DNA from: Nitrososphaeria archaeon
GTDB taxonomy: Archaea > Thermoproteota > Nitrososphaeria > JACIWG01
Length of the DNA: 64,000 bases
Reading direction: 5' to 3'
Assembly: GCA_963760525.1 (NCBI GenBank)
Contig: CAVXDT010000010.1
Location: 8,098-72,097 of the forward strand
Shown piece after piece: positions 27,954-38,711 of the stretch (the stretch's first letter is position 1; every line of letters begins with the position of its first letter). The position numbers and the translations under genes are program-made. The notes below the pieces were generated by a model that did not search any database, was not told where the DNA came from, and worked only from the letters and a program-made list of their open reading frames with translations.

Positions 27954-29420
27954 TTGAACATCATTAAGGACATAGAAAAGCTTACTACACACGGCAACAT
28001 TCAAGGCAGACAAATCGTCTTGGAGATCCTCGAAGCGGGGCTTAGGGCGTCTGACCCATATGAAAACACAAGAAAACTAATCAATTTTGTCGATGGAAAA
28101 CTCATGATTGGACGGAAAGGTTTAGCATGCCACACATCGGATGGGAGATTTACAGCTAAACCGTTGCTCTTTGACCTATCCAAAATTGGAAAAATATTCG
28201 TTGTAGGGGGAGGAAAAGCAGCTCAAAGACAAGCCAAGGCGATAGAAGATGTCTTAGGTGATCTTATTTCGGAAGGCCACATAAACGCAAAGAAAGGTGA
28301 AGAAATCCTACTGAATAGAATCGGTGTGACTTTAGCTGGTCATCCAATACCAGACGAAGACAGTGTTAAAGGCTCAATGAAGGTAATGGAAATTGAAAAG
28401 AAAGCCCGTAAGGGTGACATCGTATTCTTCTCTGAATCAGGCGGCGCTTCAGCCTTGATGGCTCTACCTGCACCTGGAGTGACTCTACAGGACATAAGAG
28501 AGGTTACTAGAAAGCTCTACTTTGAATGCGGAGCGTCCATGTGGGACACAAACGCTGTCAGATGGAATCTTATGATTTTGAGAGGAAAAGATGAGAGGTA
28601 CATAGGAGAAGCTACGTTAATTGAATTTCATACTGATGAGAGGCCCCAAGAGGTAAATGTCGATATCAGAAGACACAGGCGTGGCACAGGATCCTACAAA
28701 GATGCGATTAACGTCCTCAGAAAATACAAAATATGGGATACAGTACCATATTCTGTCCGGAATCACTTGGAGAAGGCCGACCCACAATATGGACAATTAA
28801 GATATGAAGAAATCAAGGGCAAGCCACATTATCATTTCAGAGTCATGGGACCAGAATACATGCTAGAAGCAGCGACGAAAAAAGCTAGGGAAATGGGAAT
28901 AAACGCCAATATTATTGCTTCAAGTTTAAGCGACATAGAAGCTCGATCAGCTGGAGAAATGCTAGCATTTATGGCCAAAGAAGTTGAAGTATATGGGAGA
29001 CCATTCACGCCACCCTGCGTCCTCATCTGTGGCGGCGAACTGCTTGTCAGGGTTGGAGAGAGCAAGGGGGTAGGCGGTCGAAATCAAGAATTCGTACTTT
29101 CAACTGCAACTAGAATAGCTGGCAGTAAGAACATAGTTATAGCGTCAGCTGACTCTGACGGTGCAGATGGACCCACAGACGCTGCAGGAGGCATTGTTGA
29201 CGGTTACACCCTGAGAAGAGCTAAACAAAATGGCGTAAATATACTGGAAGAACTTGATAAGCACAATTCCTATGAAGCTCTAAAAAGATTGAAAGACAAT
29301 ATCTTCACGGGCGTACAAGGAACAAACGTCCAAGACCTTCGAATAGCGTATGTAGGCGGAAGGACAAAGGCACGTGCTAACCGCTTGCCAGAGGTCATCC
29401 GCGCTCTAGTTGCCAAATAG
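27954..29420 (+). CDS. glycerate 2-kinase / hydroxypyruvate reductase (MOFRL family)
   Basis: 488 aa with a TTG start. VGGGKAA, CGGELLV, GVGGRNQE and SADSDGADGPTDAAGG are typical of the GckA/TtuD MOFRL family. Confidence 0.85.
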   Translation: MNIIKDIEKLTTHGNIQGRQIVLEILEAGLRASDPYENTRKLINFVDGKLMIGRKGLACHTSDGRFTAKPLLFDLSKIGKIFVVGGGKAAQRQAKAIEDVLGDLISEGHINAKKGEEILLNRIGVTLAGHPIPDEDSVKGSMKVMEIEKKARKGDIVFFSESGGASALMALPAPGVTLQDIREVTRKLYFECGASMWDTNAVRWNLMILRGKDERYIGEATLIEFHTDERPQEVNVDIRRHRRGTGSYKDAINVLRKYKIWDTVPYSVRNHLEKADPQYGQLRYEEIKGKPHYHFRVMGPEYMLEAATKKAREMGINANIIASSLSDIEARSAGEMLAFMAKEVEVYGRPFTPPCVLICGGELLVRVGESKGVGGRNQEFVLSTATRIAGSKNIVIASADSDGADGPTDAAGGIVDGYTLRRAKQNGVNILEELDKHNSYEALKRLKDNIFTGVQGTNVQDLRIAYVGGRTKARANRLPEVIRALVAK

Positions 29421-29626
29421 ACAAGATGCTCATCTTTTTCCTTACACTTACATTTTGGCAGGAACTTGTCTTGCAATGAATAAATGTTGATGAGCTTTAA
29501 CTAATTCACCATTTACGTTAGACCCTGACCCCTTATCGAGTAAAGCGCGCATGTGTTCCTTCACTAGAAGGTGTCATAACAGTACAAAAGGTTATAAGCT
29601 TGCTAGAGCGAAGAAAGTATCAAGTT

Positions 29627-31474
29627 ATGCCTAACGGATATATGGGAAAAATCGGCGTAATCGATCTTTCGGATAAAACAGTGAAAATTAAGGATACACT
29701 TGAAGAATACGCAAAGAAGTATCTCGGAGGAAAAGGCTACGCACTGGCACTCCTCTACGAATACTTAAGAGAATTCGAGTCTAAAGGCAACGCAGCAAGG
29801 GACTTGGATCCCTTAGGCCCAGACAATATTCTTATTTTTGCAACAGGTCCTGGCACAGGAATACCAGGTTTCCCGTCGCCCGGAAGATATCAGGCAATGG
29901 CGTTACGTTCTCCACTAACGGGTTCCATAGGTAGCGCCAATTCTGGTGGAGAATTCGGTGCCTTCCTCAAGTTCACAGGTTTCGATGCTTTAGTAATAAA
30001 AGGTGCTTCTGAAAAACCAGTTTACATCTCTGTCGTAGATGGTTCAATAGAGGTTCATGATGCATCTGGATATTGGGGGAAGACGGTCTTCGATACTGAC
30101 GATTTTCTTAGGAAGACTGTAAGCGGGAAAAACGTAAGCGTAGCATGTATAGGAGTTGCTGGAGAAAATCTTGTGCCAATGGCTGTAATCGTGAACGATA
30201 AGCATCGCGCAGCGGGAAGAACTGGATTAGGGGCGGTCATGGGGTCGAAGAAGTTGAAGGCCATAGTTGTCTCTGGTTCCGGGCACGTTTCTATTGCGAA
30301 TCCAGCGAAGTTCAAGGAAGTTTCTAAGGCAGCTTACGAAAAGGAAAGGAAGAACTCTGTTACGGGTGATGGGCTTCCAACATATGGTACAGCGGTCCTT
30401 GTCAACGTAGTAAACAGCGCAGGAATCTTGCCTTACATGAACTGGCAGTTCGGCTTCAATCCTAAAGCGGACAAGATTAGCGGAGAAACCCTCACGAAAC
30501 AATATCTTGAAAAGAAAAGACCATGTTGGGGGTGTAACATCGCTTGCGGGCGCATAAGTTCCGTAAAATCAGGTCCATATCAAATATCACACACAGAGGG
30601 ACCTGAATATGAGAGCATATGGGCGCTGGGAAACTCAACAGGGATCATGGACATGGGCGCTATTATAAAGGCAAATCACCTGTGTGATGAATTCGGACTT
30701 GATCCCATCTCAGTCGGTTCAACAATTGCTGCTGCAATGGAACTACACCAGAAAGGTTACATTAAAGAAGGAGACCTTCAAGGTATGGATCTATCCTTTG
30801 GAAATGCGTCTGCTTTAGTTGATTCAGTTTGGAGGATCGCCCACAAAGATGGATTTGGAAAGTATCTTGCCCTAGGATCAAAAAGACTCTGTGAGATGTT
30901 CGGAGCTCCCGAGCTTTCCATGAGTGTAAAAGGGCTCGAGATGCCTGCCTATGATCCACGGGGAGTGAAAGGAATGGGTTTGAACTATGCAACAGCTAAC
31001 CGTGGAGGCTGTCACGTGACAGGGTATACAATTGCTCCTGAAATAGTTGGGCTTCCGGAAAAAATTGATCCATTAACTATTGAAGGAAAAGCAAAGTGGA
31101 CAAAAACCTTCCAAGATTTGACATGCGTAGTGAACTCTACAGTCAACTGCCTATTTACTACCTTCGCTTTGAGCGCGTCTGATATCGCATCTCTATTGTC
31201 AGCTGTAACTGGATGGAGTCTCACAGAAGATGAAGTAATGAAGATTGGTGAAAGAATTTACAACTTTGAGCGCTTCATAATCAGCAAATACGGGTTCACA
31301 GACAAAGAAGACACTCTGCCCCCTCGTCTACTATCTGAACCCATGCCTGAAGGTCCAGCGAAAGGACAGACAGTCGACCTAGAAACAATGAAGAAAGACT
31401 ATTACAATCTAAGGGGATGGGTGAAGGGAGTACCAACACAAAAGAAATTGAAAGAGCTTCAAATTGAGCTCTAA
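29627..31474 (+). CDS. aor: tungsten-containing aldehyde:ferredoxin oxidoreductase (AOR family)
   Basis: The N-terminus MPNGYMGKIGVIDLS resembles AOR N-termini. EYESIWALG, DPISVGSTIAAAMEL and NRGGCHVTGY motifs are present. The track ORF starts at TTG 29600. Confidence 0.9.
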   Translation: MPNGYMGKIGVIDLSDKTVKIKDTLEEYAKKYLGGKGYALALLYEYLREFESKGNAARDLDPLGPDNILIFATGPGTGIPGFPSPGRYQAMALRSPLTGSIGSANSGGEFGAFLKFTGFDALVIKGASEKPVYISVVDGSIEVHDASGYWGKTVFDTDDFLRKTVSGKNVSVACIGVAGENLVPMAVIVNDKHRAAGRTGLGAVMGSKKLKAIVVSGSGHVSIANPAKFKEVSKAAYEKERKNSVTGDGLPTYGTAVLVNVVNSAGILPYMNWQFGFNPKADKISGETLTKQYLEKKRPCWGCNIACGRISSVKSGPYQISHTEGPEYESIWALGNSTGIMDMGAIIKANHLCDEFGLDPISVGSTIAAAMELHQKGYIKEGDLQGMDLSFGNASALVDSVWRIAHKDGFGKYLALGSKRLCEMFGAPELSMSVKGLEMPAYDPRGVKGMGLNYATANRGGCHVTGYTIAPEIVGLPEKIDPLTIEGKAKWTKTFQDLTCVVNSTVNCLFTTFALSASDIASLLSAVTGWSLTEDEVMKIGERIYNFERFIISKYGFTDKEDTLPPRLLSEPMPEGPAKGQTVDLETMKKDYYNLRGWVKGVPTQKKLKELQIEL

Positions 31475-31587
31475 TCCTCTCCCTTTTTTCTAAGAATCTT
31501 ACTAATATCCTGATATGATACCTTATAGACGTCAACATACTTTTATATTATTTCTTATTGCTTACTCCAGTTAACTAGTGTAGAGTC

Positions 31588-32877
31588 ATGTCAGCATCCC
31601 CCAAAGCAATGCAGATCGAGATTACCAACAAATGCAATTTCAAATGTATCTACTGCATTCGGAACTTCTGGAATATTCATACAGAAGAAATGAATTTCCC
31701 AACCTTTAGAAAGTTAGCTGAGTCTTTTGGAGACCTGAACAAAATCATCCTGTATGGTCAAGGGGAGCCTCTTGCTCACGAACGCTTTGCTGACATTGTC
31801 AAGCTAACAAGGGAGAAACTTGGCTACGAAGGTGAAATAGATTTTAGCACGAATGGTTCCATGTTGACAGAAGCTCTTGCTTACAAGCTCGTTAAGAGCA
31901 TTGGCGTAAACAAGATATCGTTCTCACTCGACACATTAGAACGTTCAAATCTTGAAAAGTTTAGAGTAGGCGCTGTTGGAAGCAGCATAATAGAAAACTT
32001 GGTGAATATTTCCAAGATCAAGAGCAAGTCCAAGTTTCCGTTTTCTCTTTCTTTGGAAGTCATATTGATGAAGGATAACTACAAGGACCTCCCAAATCTC
32101 ATAAAGTTTGCTGCTGAGAATGATATAGATGATGTACTTGTTACTAATCTTATAGTATATTCAGAGGTTTTGAACGGGCAACAGCTCTATATTCCTTCAA
32201 GCAGGAAATCTTATGAAATAGTTGAGAACGTCTTGGATAAGGGTTGGGATATAATACATGCAGCGACAGTTGGAGCCTATGGTTTAACCCATACGGGGAA
32301 GTATGAACAGGACGACTTGGAAAGGTATAGTAAACTTTGGGAAAGAGTTGAAAATGGAGGTTATTGGATGAACCTGCCACTTCTATTAAAGATGAGAGAT
32401 CAGCTGGATAGAATTAAGGAAGTAGAAGATGTTTTCAAGGAGTCATCTAAAATAGCGAGGAAAGGAGGCGTTAATTTGCAGCTTCCAAGCATCTTCGCTG
32501 ACAGGAGGTCAAGAGCATGTGCCCTTACATCGAAAACGGGGTAATGGCTGTCAGAGCTGATGGAAGCGCAGTGCCATGTCTCGAATATATGTACCCTCAC
32601 ATGGAATATGTAAACCATCACTCGAAAGACATTGGCATGATGACCTTTGGTAATGTCAAAGGCCAAACTGTAAAAGGCATTTGGAATGGTGATGAATATA
32701 TTAGCTTTAGAGAATCTCGAAGATTCATAGATGAGAAAGATCCCGTGGTGTGGCGATTGCGTGTACTCCACATTGGGTTGCTTCTATGTTCGTTCCAATG
32801 AGATAGATTGCCAAAGGGTCGAAAGCTCTTGTAGCGAATGCCTCTACAGTACAAATATAGCCAAATGTATGTTATAA
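31588..32877 (+). pseudogene. radical SAM/SPASM protein of the AOR-associated Cmo (cofactor-modifying) type, two compensating frame shifts
   Basis: CNFKCIYC is a CxxxCxxC cluster. The reading frame goes 1 -> 0 near 32495-32515 (MCPYIENGVMAVRADGSAVPC) and back to 1 near 32738 (IPWCGDCVYSTLGCF...CSECLYSTNIAKC). The gene lies immediately downstream of aor. Confidence 0.7.
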
Positions 32878-32928
32878 TACGTAGTTTATTTTTCTTGTTA
32901 TGGCTATGCAAAGTATCTTTAATTTTTT

Positions 32929-33798
32929 CTAGCTCTGATAGAACGCTTTGTTGGCTTCTACTGTTTTGCCAGTTTTTATGAAATCGCCTTGATCCAATTC
33001 TCGGAAGGCCTTCTCCAACTCTTGTTGGGTATTCATGACGATAGGTCCTCCCCAGGCTATAGGCTCATTCAGTGGTTTACCTGATACGAATAAGAAGCGG
33101 AGACCGTTTTTCGCGGTTATTCGTACATTATCTCCTTCACCGAACAGGACACAATGTTGCTTTTCTATCGTGATACTGTCGGTGTAACCTGCTCCTTCGA
33201 TTGTGTAGGCAAACACGTTGCAGTTTCTTTCTGTCTTATGCTCAAACATCTTTCCAGCGGCTAATCTCACATCAAAATACTCAACTTTGATGGCAAGGTC
33301 TTTGACCGCCCCCTCCGTATCATCAATTGTCCCCGCTATCAGCTTGACCTCAACCCCTTCCTCCTTCACTTTGGGGATTTGGTCTTTGTTTATTCCTCGA
33401 TATTTTGGAGTCGCCATCTTCTTTTTTGCAGGGAGGTTAACCCAAAGCTGGAATCCCTGCATCAAGCCATCATATTTTCTAGGCATTTCCTGATGAATTA
33501 TCCCCGAACCAGCGGTCATCCATTGAATGTCTCCTGAACCAATAAGCCCGCGGTTTCCTATGCTATCACCGTGTTCAACTTCTCCGCTAAGCATGTAAGT
33601 GACAGTCTCAATACCCCTGTGAGGATGCCATGGAAAACCCCGCATGTAATCGTCGGGATTTTCTGAACCAAAATGATCTAGAAGCAGAAAAGGATCAAAT
33701 AAAGGAACTTCATTGTAGCCAAAAACTCGTTTGAGCTTGACACCTGCACCCTCAATTGTCACTTTACTTCTAAAAACCTGCTTTACTATCCTATCCAT
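32929..33798 (-). CDS. pirin family protein
   Basis: 289 aa. FPWHPHRGIETVTYMLSGEVEHGDSIGN...QWMTAGSGIIHQEMP is the pirin cupin signature. Confidence 0.9.
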   Translation of the reverse strand: MDRIVKQVFRSKVTIEGAGVKLKRVFGYNEVPLFDPFLLLDHFGSENPDDYMRGFPWHPHRGIETVTYMLSGEVEHGDSIGNRGLIGSGDIQWMTAGSGIIHQEMPRKYDGLMQGFQLWVNLPAKKKMATPKYRGINKDQIPKVKEEGVEVKLIAGTIDDTEGAVKDLAIKVEYFDVRLAAGKMFEHKTERNCNVFAYTIEGAGYTDSITIEKQHCVLFGEGDNVRITAKNGLRFLFVSGKPLNEPIAWGGPIVMNTQQELEKAFRELDQGDFIKTGKTVEANKAFYQS

Positions 33799-33892
33799 CG
33801 GTACACCTACCTCATTCTACTATCGTGTGTCCAGTAAAAAAAGATAATTTAAGCAATTAGACTCTTCCACTTCACACATCTATTTGTGATAG

Positions 33893-34237
33893 CTAATAGG
33901 GCATCTTTGCCTTTCGTAGCTCTGAATTGACTCTGTTGAAACCTTCAAACGTTTCTTTTATGCCTATTGGTGACTTTCTCTGTATGTATTTTCCTGATAT
34001 CGCCATTATGCCGCCTATTACATCAGATATTCCCGTTGGCTCCGGTATGACAACTATAGCAACCCCCAAAGCTGTAAGCTTTTTCCCAGCTTTGTTCGAA
34101 TAGGATACTTTCTTTATCCCCGCTTTGACCGAGCTTGCTTTTATGCCGGAGCTCGAATCCTCTAAAATGGAATTCAGATCTTCACATTCCCTTGACGCTG
34201 TCTTCACGAATTTCATCCGCTCATGGCATTCATTCAT
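33893..34237 (-). CDS. hypothetical protein with one central hydrophobic segment
   Basis: 114-aa ORF with no recognised motif. Confidence 0.35.
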   Translation of the reverse strand: MNECHERMKFVKTASRECEDLNSILEDSSSGIKASSVKAGIKKVSYSNKAGKKLTALGVAIVVIPEPTGISDVIGGIMAISGKYIQRKSPIGIKETFEGFNRVNSELRKAKMPY

Positions 34238-34325
34238 TGAGATTCTAATTCTTGCGCAGCTAATTAAATTGCCAAAGATATTAAAAATAATGCTTTGCGT
34301 TAAAAAAATTTCACAATATAGGAAG

Positions 34326-35918
34326 CTATGGAACTGACTGTCCTGTTGGAACAGAAAGAAGTATTTCTTTGACTTTGTCTATTCCAAAGTCAACAACATA
34401 AGGCCCTAGTCTCGGACCGCTGGTAGTACCTAAGAGTATTCTGTACAAAAGTTCGAAGAATTTCTTCGGCTCAACAGAGTATTTCTTTGCAACTTCAAAG
34501 ACCGAGTACTGGATTGTCTTCGGATCATTTGCTGCCAATCCATTCGCAAACTCAAGCGCCATTTCTTTCTCTGTTTCAGTCAACTGTACCTTCTTCCTTT
34601 CGACTGCACTCATATCTCTTGACCAATTCAATGCTAGTCGTATTCTTTGATCAAGTTCAGGCTCTGATTCTTTTATCATTCCATATTGCTGCAGTTTACT
34701 TATGACATAAGCTACCTCTCTGTCTTTTGGCGCAACAGTACAAAGTTGGACTAGAAGAGAATATGGTACATGTTGAGAAACCTTTTCTGGTGGTTTGAGA
34801 AGATGTATGTATTCGTATAATCCTCTGGATTTTATTTCTTTCATTTCTTCTGATATTTCTTTGGAAAAATATATCTTCTCAAGTTGGTCAACCTCATCCA
34901 TGTAGTTCGGTATGTCATTGACGGAAAGCGCCCTTGTGCCCACGATTCTCTTGAAAAGCAGTAGCAGGAGTGATTGAGGTGTGCCATATGTTAGCCATGT
35001 TTGCGGTGTGAAAACGTTTCCAGCTGATTTTGAAATCTTTTTGCCGCTTCTGTCCAAGAACATCTCGTATCTGACGTGATGGGGGTGGGGAAAACCGAGT
35101 ATGTTGTCAGCCACCCAATCGTTTACCTTTACTGATTCCGCTATGTCTTTACCATATGCTTCATATCTAATGTCTAGGGCAGACCATCTTGCAGCAAACT
35201 CCACCTTCCAAGCAAGCTTTCCATGCCCTTCGGTGACCTTCACTTCACCTTCATGGCCGCAGCCTTGAATGAATTTCTTTCTTATTTCAGCACCTTCGCA
35301 TTTATAGATTACCTTCTGACTTGTTTTGTCATATTCCAAAGCCTTGGGGAGATAGATCCTTCCACATTTCTCGCATATTGGAAAATAGGGTAACTGATCT
35401 TGATATTTTGTTTGACCGGTTATTTTTTCGATCGCCTCACCAATCTCATCAACTTTTTCCAGTATCTTTACTATTTGAGAATTGTATGTTCCCTTTTGGT
35501 AGGCTTCATGCCCACTCATAAATGTGTACTGGATTCCACACTTATCCATTGCATCCATGAGCATTGAACTCATGTGAGCTCCATAGTTTTCATGACATTT
35601 GCACGGGTCTGGTATCGCAGAAACGGGGAAAGCAAGATAGTTGGAGAGCCATTCAGGCAAACCATGTGGAACCTTTCTCAAACCGTCCAAATCATCGGAG
35701 AAAGCTATGAACTCCGACTTGTAACCTAGATTCTCGATTGCAAGTTTTACACCCGCCGCCCTTGCAGCATCAGCAAGGCTTCCAACATGGGGAATACCAG
35801 ATGCTCCCAGTCCGCTTTCAACGCGTATTAGGCTTATAGGTCGACCTAGGCTTTTCTCCCTTTCTACCACTTTCAATGCAACTAAATCTATCCAAGTGCC
35901 CTTCCCTATTATATTCAT
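34326..35918 (-). CDS. lysK: lysyl-tRNA synthetase, class I (archaeal type)
   Basis: 530 aa with GASGIPHVGSLADAARA (HIGH-region equivalent), KISKSAGN (KMSKS) and a Cys cluster CEKCG...CGHEG. Confidence 0.9.
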   Translation of the reverse strand: MNIIGKGTWIDLVALKVVEREKSLGRPISLIRVESGLGASGIPHVGSLADAARAAGVKLAIENLGYKSEFIAFSDDLDGLRKVPHGLPEWLSNYLAFPVSAIPDPCKCHENYGAHMSSMLMDAMDKCGIQYTFMSGHEAYQKGTYNSQIVKILEKVDEIGEAIEKITGQTKYQDQLPYFPICEKCGRIYLPKALEYDKTSQKVIYKCEGAEIRKKFIQGCGHEGEVKVTEGHGKLAWKVEFAARWSALDIRYEAYGKDIAESVKVNDWVADNILGFPHPHHVRYEMFLDRSGKKISKSAGNVFTPQTWLTYGTPQSLLLLLFKRIVGTRALSVNDIPNYMDEVDQLEKIYFSKEISEEMKEIKSRGLYEYIHLLKPPEKVSQHVPYSLLVQLCTVAPKDREVAYVISKLQQYGMIKESEPELDQRIRLALNWSRDMSAVERKKVQLTETEKEMALEFANGLAANDPKTIQYSVFEVAKKYSVEPKKFFELLYRILLGTTSGPRLGPYVVDFGIDKVKEILLSVPTGQSVP

Positions 35919-35959
35919 CTATAAAGGAGAAAAAAGTGGTTGTAATAAATAGTTTGCTT

Positions 35960-38137
35960 CTACCGGTAGTATGGTTTAATTTCCTTTTCAGGTATCTTGC
36001 CTTCCTTTGCTGCACGAACTTTGCTAATTGCATAGTCTATGTGTTTCTGCGTAATGATGGCTTCATCAGCGTGTTTCTTTGCTTCTTCTGGACTCGGGTA
36101 CTTTGAGATATACTCTTGGACTACCAGCGACACTGCTGTGTTTGCTACAGATGCGAGATCTGCTCCGGAGAATCCATCTGTGGCATCAATCGTCCTATCA
36201 ATATTGACTTCTGGAGATAGAGGTTTGCCTTTGAAATGGATTTCAAGTATTTGTCTTCTTGCAGTTTTATCAGGTAGTGGGACAAGGATAAGTTTATCGA
36301 ACCTTCCTGCTCTGAGTAGTGCTGGATCAACCATGTCTATGCGATTTGTTGCAGCTAGAACGATGACTTGCTGGAGTTCCTGTATCCCATCCAGTTCGGT
36401 GAGAAGCGAACTTACGACGCGTTCTGTCACCATGCTCTCTCCCATTCCATACCCTCTCATCGGAGCTAGGGAGTCTAATTCGTCGAAGAATATGATGCAT
36501 GGACCAGCCTGTCTTGCCTTTCTGAAGATTTCTCTTACACCTCTCTCTGATTCACCCACCCATTTTGATAGAAGTTCAGGACCTCTTACACTGATGAAGT
36601 TGACTTCGCTTTCTGTCGCCACGGACTTGGCAAGCAAAGTTTTGCCCGTCCCAGAAGGACCGTACAATAAGATGCCTTTTGGCATACTATATCCTACCTT
36701 CTGATATACCTCAGGAAATCTTAAAGGCCATTCTATAGCCTCTTGGAGTTCCTTTTTAATGTTTTCCAGCCCTCCTATATCAGACCATTTAACATTAGGG
36801 GACTCGAGAAACACTTCACGGAGCGCTGAAGGCTGGACGTCCTTCAATGCCTTTTCAAAATCGGACATCGTGACCTGCAGTTTATTCAATGTTTCATAGT
36901 CTATTCTCTCTTCCTTAAGTTTCAATTCTGGAAGAAGGCGTCTGAGAGACTTCATTCCTGCTTCTTTGCAGAGATATTCAAGGTCCGCTCCCACGAAGCC
37001 ATGCGTCACCGAAGCAAGCTTTTCTTGATCAACATCACTGGTAAGAGGCATGTTACGTGTATGAATCTGGAGAATCTCAAGTCTGCCTTTCTTGTCTGGG
37101 ACCTTGATCTCGATTTCTCGGTCAAAACGTCCGGGTCTTCTCAAAGCGGGGTCCAAAGCGTTTTGTCTATTTGTTGCTGCAATGACTATGACTTTTCCTC
37201 TTGCTTCAAGACCGTCCATTAGATTCAAAAGCTGGCTGACGACTCGGCGTTCAACTTCACCTGTCACTTCTTCGCGTTTAGGGGCTATAGAATCTATTTC
37301 GTCTATGAAAATTATGGATGGCGATTTTTCCTTCGCTTCTTTGAATATTTCTCTCAATCTTGCTTCTGATTCTCCATAGTACTTGCTCATGATTTCTGGA
37401 CCACCGATGCTAATGAAGTATGCAGCACTTTCATTAGCCACAGCTTTTGCTAGAAGGGTCTTGCCCGTTCCAGGAGAACCGTAGAGAAGCACTCCTTTCG
37501 GGGGTTCGATACCTAAACGCTCAAATAGTTCAGGATGCCTTAATGGAAGTTCAATCATTTCCCGAACCTTCTGAATCTCGTCTTTTAAGCCTCCTATGTC
37601 CTCGTATGTTATCTGGGGAACATTTCTAAGTGCTTCTCCTCTTTCTGAGATAACGAATTCAGTCCTTTTTGTTACGACAACAGCGTCAGCGTTAGGAGCC
37701 ATTGCCACAATATTGAAAATTAACTTGCTGCCAAAATAGGGCACCATAATATTGTCACCTTTGGTTACGGCAAGGCTCTCAAGGACTTCAGCGAAGTACC
37801 TCTTGTCGAGTGGAGGATATCCCTCTGGCGGGACAAGAGTAACTCTTTCTGCAAGACTTGCGTTGATCTTTTTAACCATCACGGTATCCCCGAGGGGAAC
37901 ATCGGCATTATTACGAGTTATACCATCAACTCTAACTATGTCCTTGCCTTCGTCTGAAGGGTGAACAGGAAGAACTTTTGCGACAGTCCTCTTCCTGCCT
38001 CTTATTTCTATTACATCTCCCGTATGTGCCTGAAGTAGATCCATTACTGAATAGTCAACTCTGGCAATGCCACGGCCGACATCCCGTGTATATGCCTCCA
38101 TGACTTGAAGTTTAATCCATTCGCTCATGTCTATCAC
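35960..38137 (-). CDS. cdc48: Cdc48/VCP-like AAA+ ATPase
   Basis: 725 aa with an N-domain plus two AAA modules ([17 protein letters not shown] and [17 protein letters not shown]; DEID/DELD Walker B). Confidence 0.95.
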   Translation of the reverse strand: MIDMSEWIKLQVMEAYTRDVGRGIARVDYSVMDLLQAHTGDVIEIRGRKRTVAKVLPVHPSDEGKDIVRVDGITRNNADVPLGDTVMVKKINASLAERVTLVPPEGYPPLDKRYFAEVLESLAVTKGDNIMVPYFGSKLIFNIVAMAPNADAVVVTKRTEFVISERGEALRNVPQITYEDIGGLKDEIQKVREMIELPLRHPELFERLGIEPPKGVLLYGSPGTGKTLLAKAVANESAAYFISIGGPEIMSKYYGESEARLREIFKEAKEKSPSIIFIDEIDSIAPKREEVTGEVERRVVSQLLNLMDGLEARGKVIVIAATNRQNALDPALRRPGRFDREIEIKVPDKKGRLEILQIHTRNMPLTSDVDQEKLASVTHGFVGADLEYLCKEAGMKSLRRLLPELKLKEERIDYETLNKLQVTMSDFEKALKDVQPSALREVFLESPNVKWSDIGGLENIKKELQEAIEWPLRFPEVYQKVGYSMPKGILLYGPSGTGKTLLAKSVATESEVNFISVRGPELLSKWVGESERGVREIFRKARQAGPCIIFFDELDSLAPMRGYGMGESMVTERVVSSLLTELDGIQELQQVIVLAATNRIDMVDPALLRAGRFDKLILVPLPDKTARRQILEIHFKGKPLSPEVNIDRTIDATDGFSGADLASVANTAVSLVVQEYISKYPSPEEAKKHADEAIITQKHIDYAISKVRAAKEGKIPEKEIKPYYR

Positions 38138-38143
38138 CCATGT

Positions 38144-38653
38144 CTAGACGACACTTATATTTGTAAATTCGCTGTCAGCTTCCCTAATTTTTACATTGAC
38201 TGTCAAAAGACCGTTTCTGAAGGAGCATGATGAAGTCAACGGATCTACTTCAGCTTCCAGATCGACTTCTGCATGATACGCTCTGTCTTCATTCTTAGCA
38301 TCAAGAATGAGCTTGTCAGTCGAAGTTCTAAGTTGAATGTTATCCTTTTCAATTCCTGGAAGTTCGAAGATCAATGTTAGCTGCTTTCTATTTGTGTCAA
38401 CTAACTGATCATAAAATGGCGTTCTAGCGTTCTTCTGCGACATCAGATTGTCCCCAAATTTGCTAATCTTAGGCGAACCTCTCTCATCCATCTGTACAGA
38501 AAAACCATAGAACCTTGGTTTTCCGAGAGCTTTCTCATAATCACTTCTGAGAAGATTTCTCATAGACTTTTCAACATCTTCCATTGTTTGTTCAATGAGA
38601 TCTTCAAGTTCTTCAAAGAATTCCTCGAAATTCTTTTTGTCATTAGCCTGCAT
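38144..38653 (-). CDS. hsp20: small heat-shock protein (Hsp20/alpha-crystallin family)
   Basis: 169 aa. LTLIFELPGIEKDNIQL...RNGLLTVNV is an alpha-crystallin domain pattern. The gene ends 7 nt upstream of cdc48. Confidence 0.8.
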   Translation of the reverse strand: MQANDKKNFEEFFEELEDLIEQTMEDVEKSMRNLLRSDYEKALGKPRFYGFSVQMDERGSPKISKFGDNLMSQKNARTPFYDQLVDTNRKQLTLIFELPGIEKDNIQLRTSTDKLILDAKNEDRAYHAEVDLEAEVDPLTSSCSFRNGLLTVNVKIREADSEFTNISVV

Positions 38654-38670
38654 TTTTTACCACCAATTAA

Positions 38671-38685
38671 TTAACCAAAGGTTAA
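38671..38685. promoter_or_regulatory. perfect inverted repeat TTAACC-N3-GGTTAA in the hsp20 / wHTH divergent intergenic region (candidate operator)
   Basis: ttaaccaaaggttaa is centred in the ~58-bp AT-rich spacer. It sits 18 nt from the hsp20 ATG and ~27 nt from the regulator TTG start. Confidence 0.35.
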
Positions 38686-38711
38686 GTTTAAAAAGCTTTC
38701 TACCTCACATA

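Noticed and set aside
36039-36704. 221-aa plus-strand ORF
   Set aside because: It is antisense to cdc48, whose AAA+ motifs are unambiguous. It is a shadow ORF with a Ser-rich, low-information translation.
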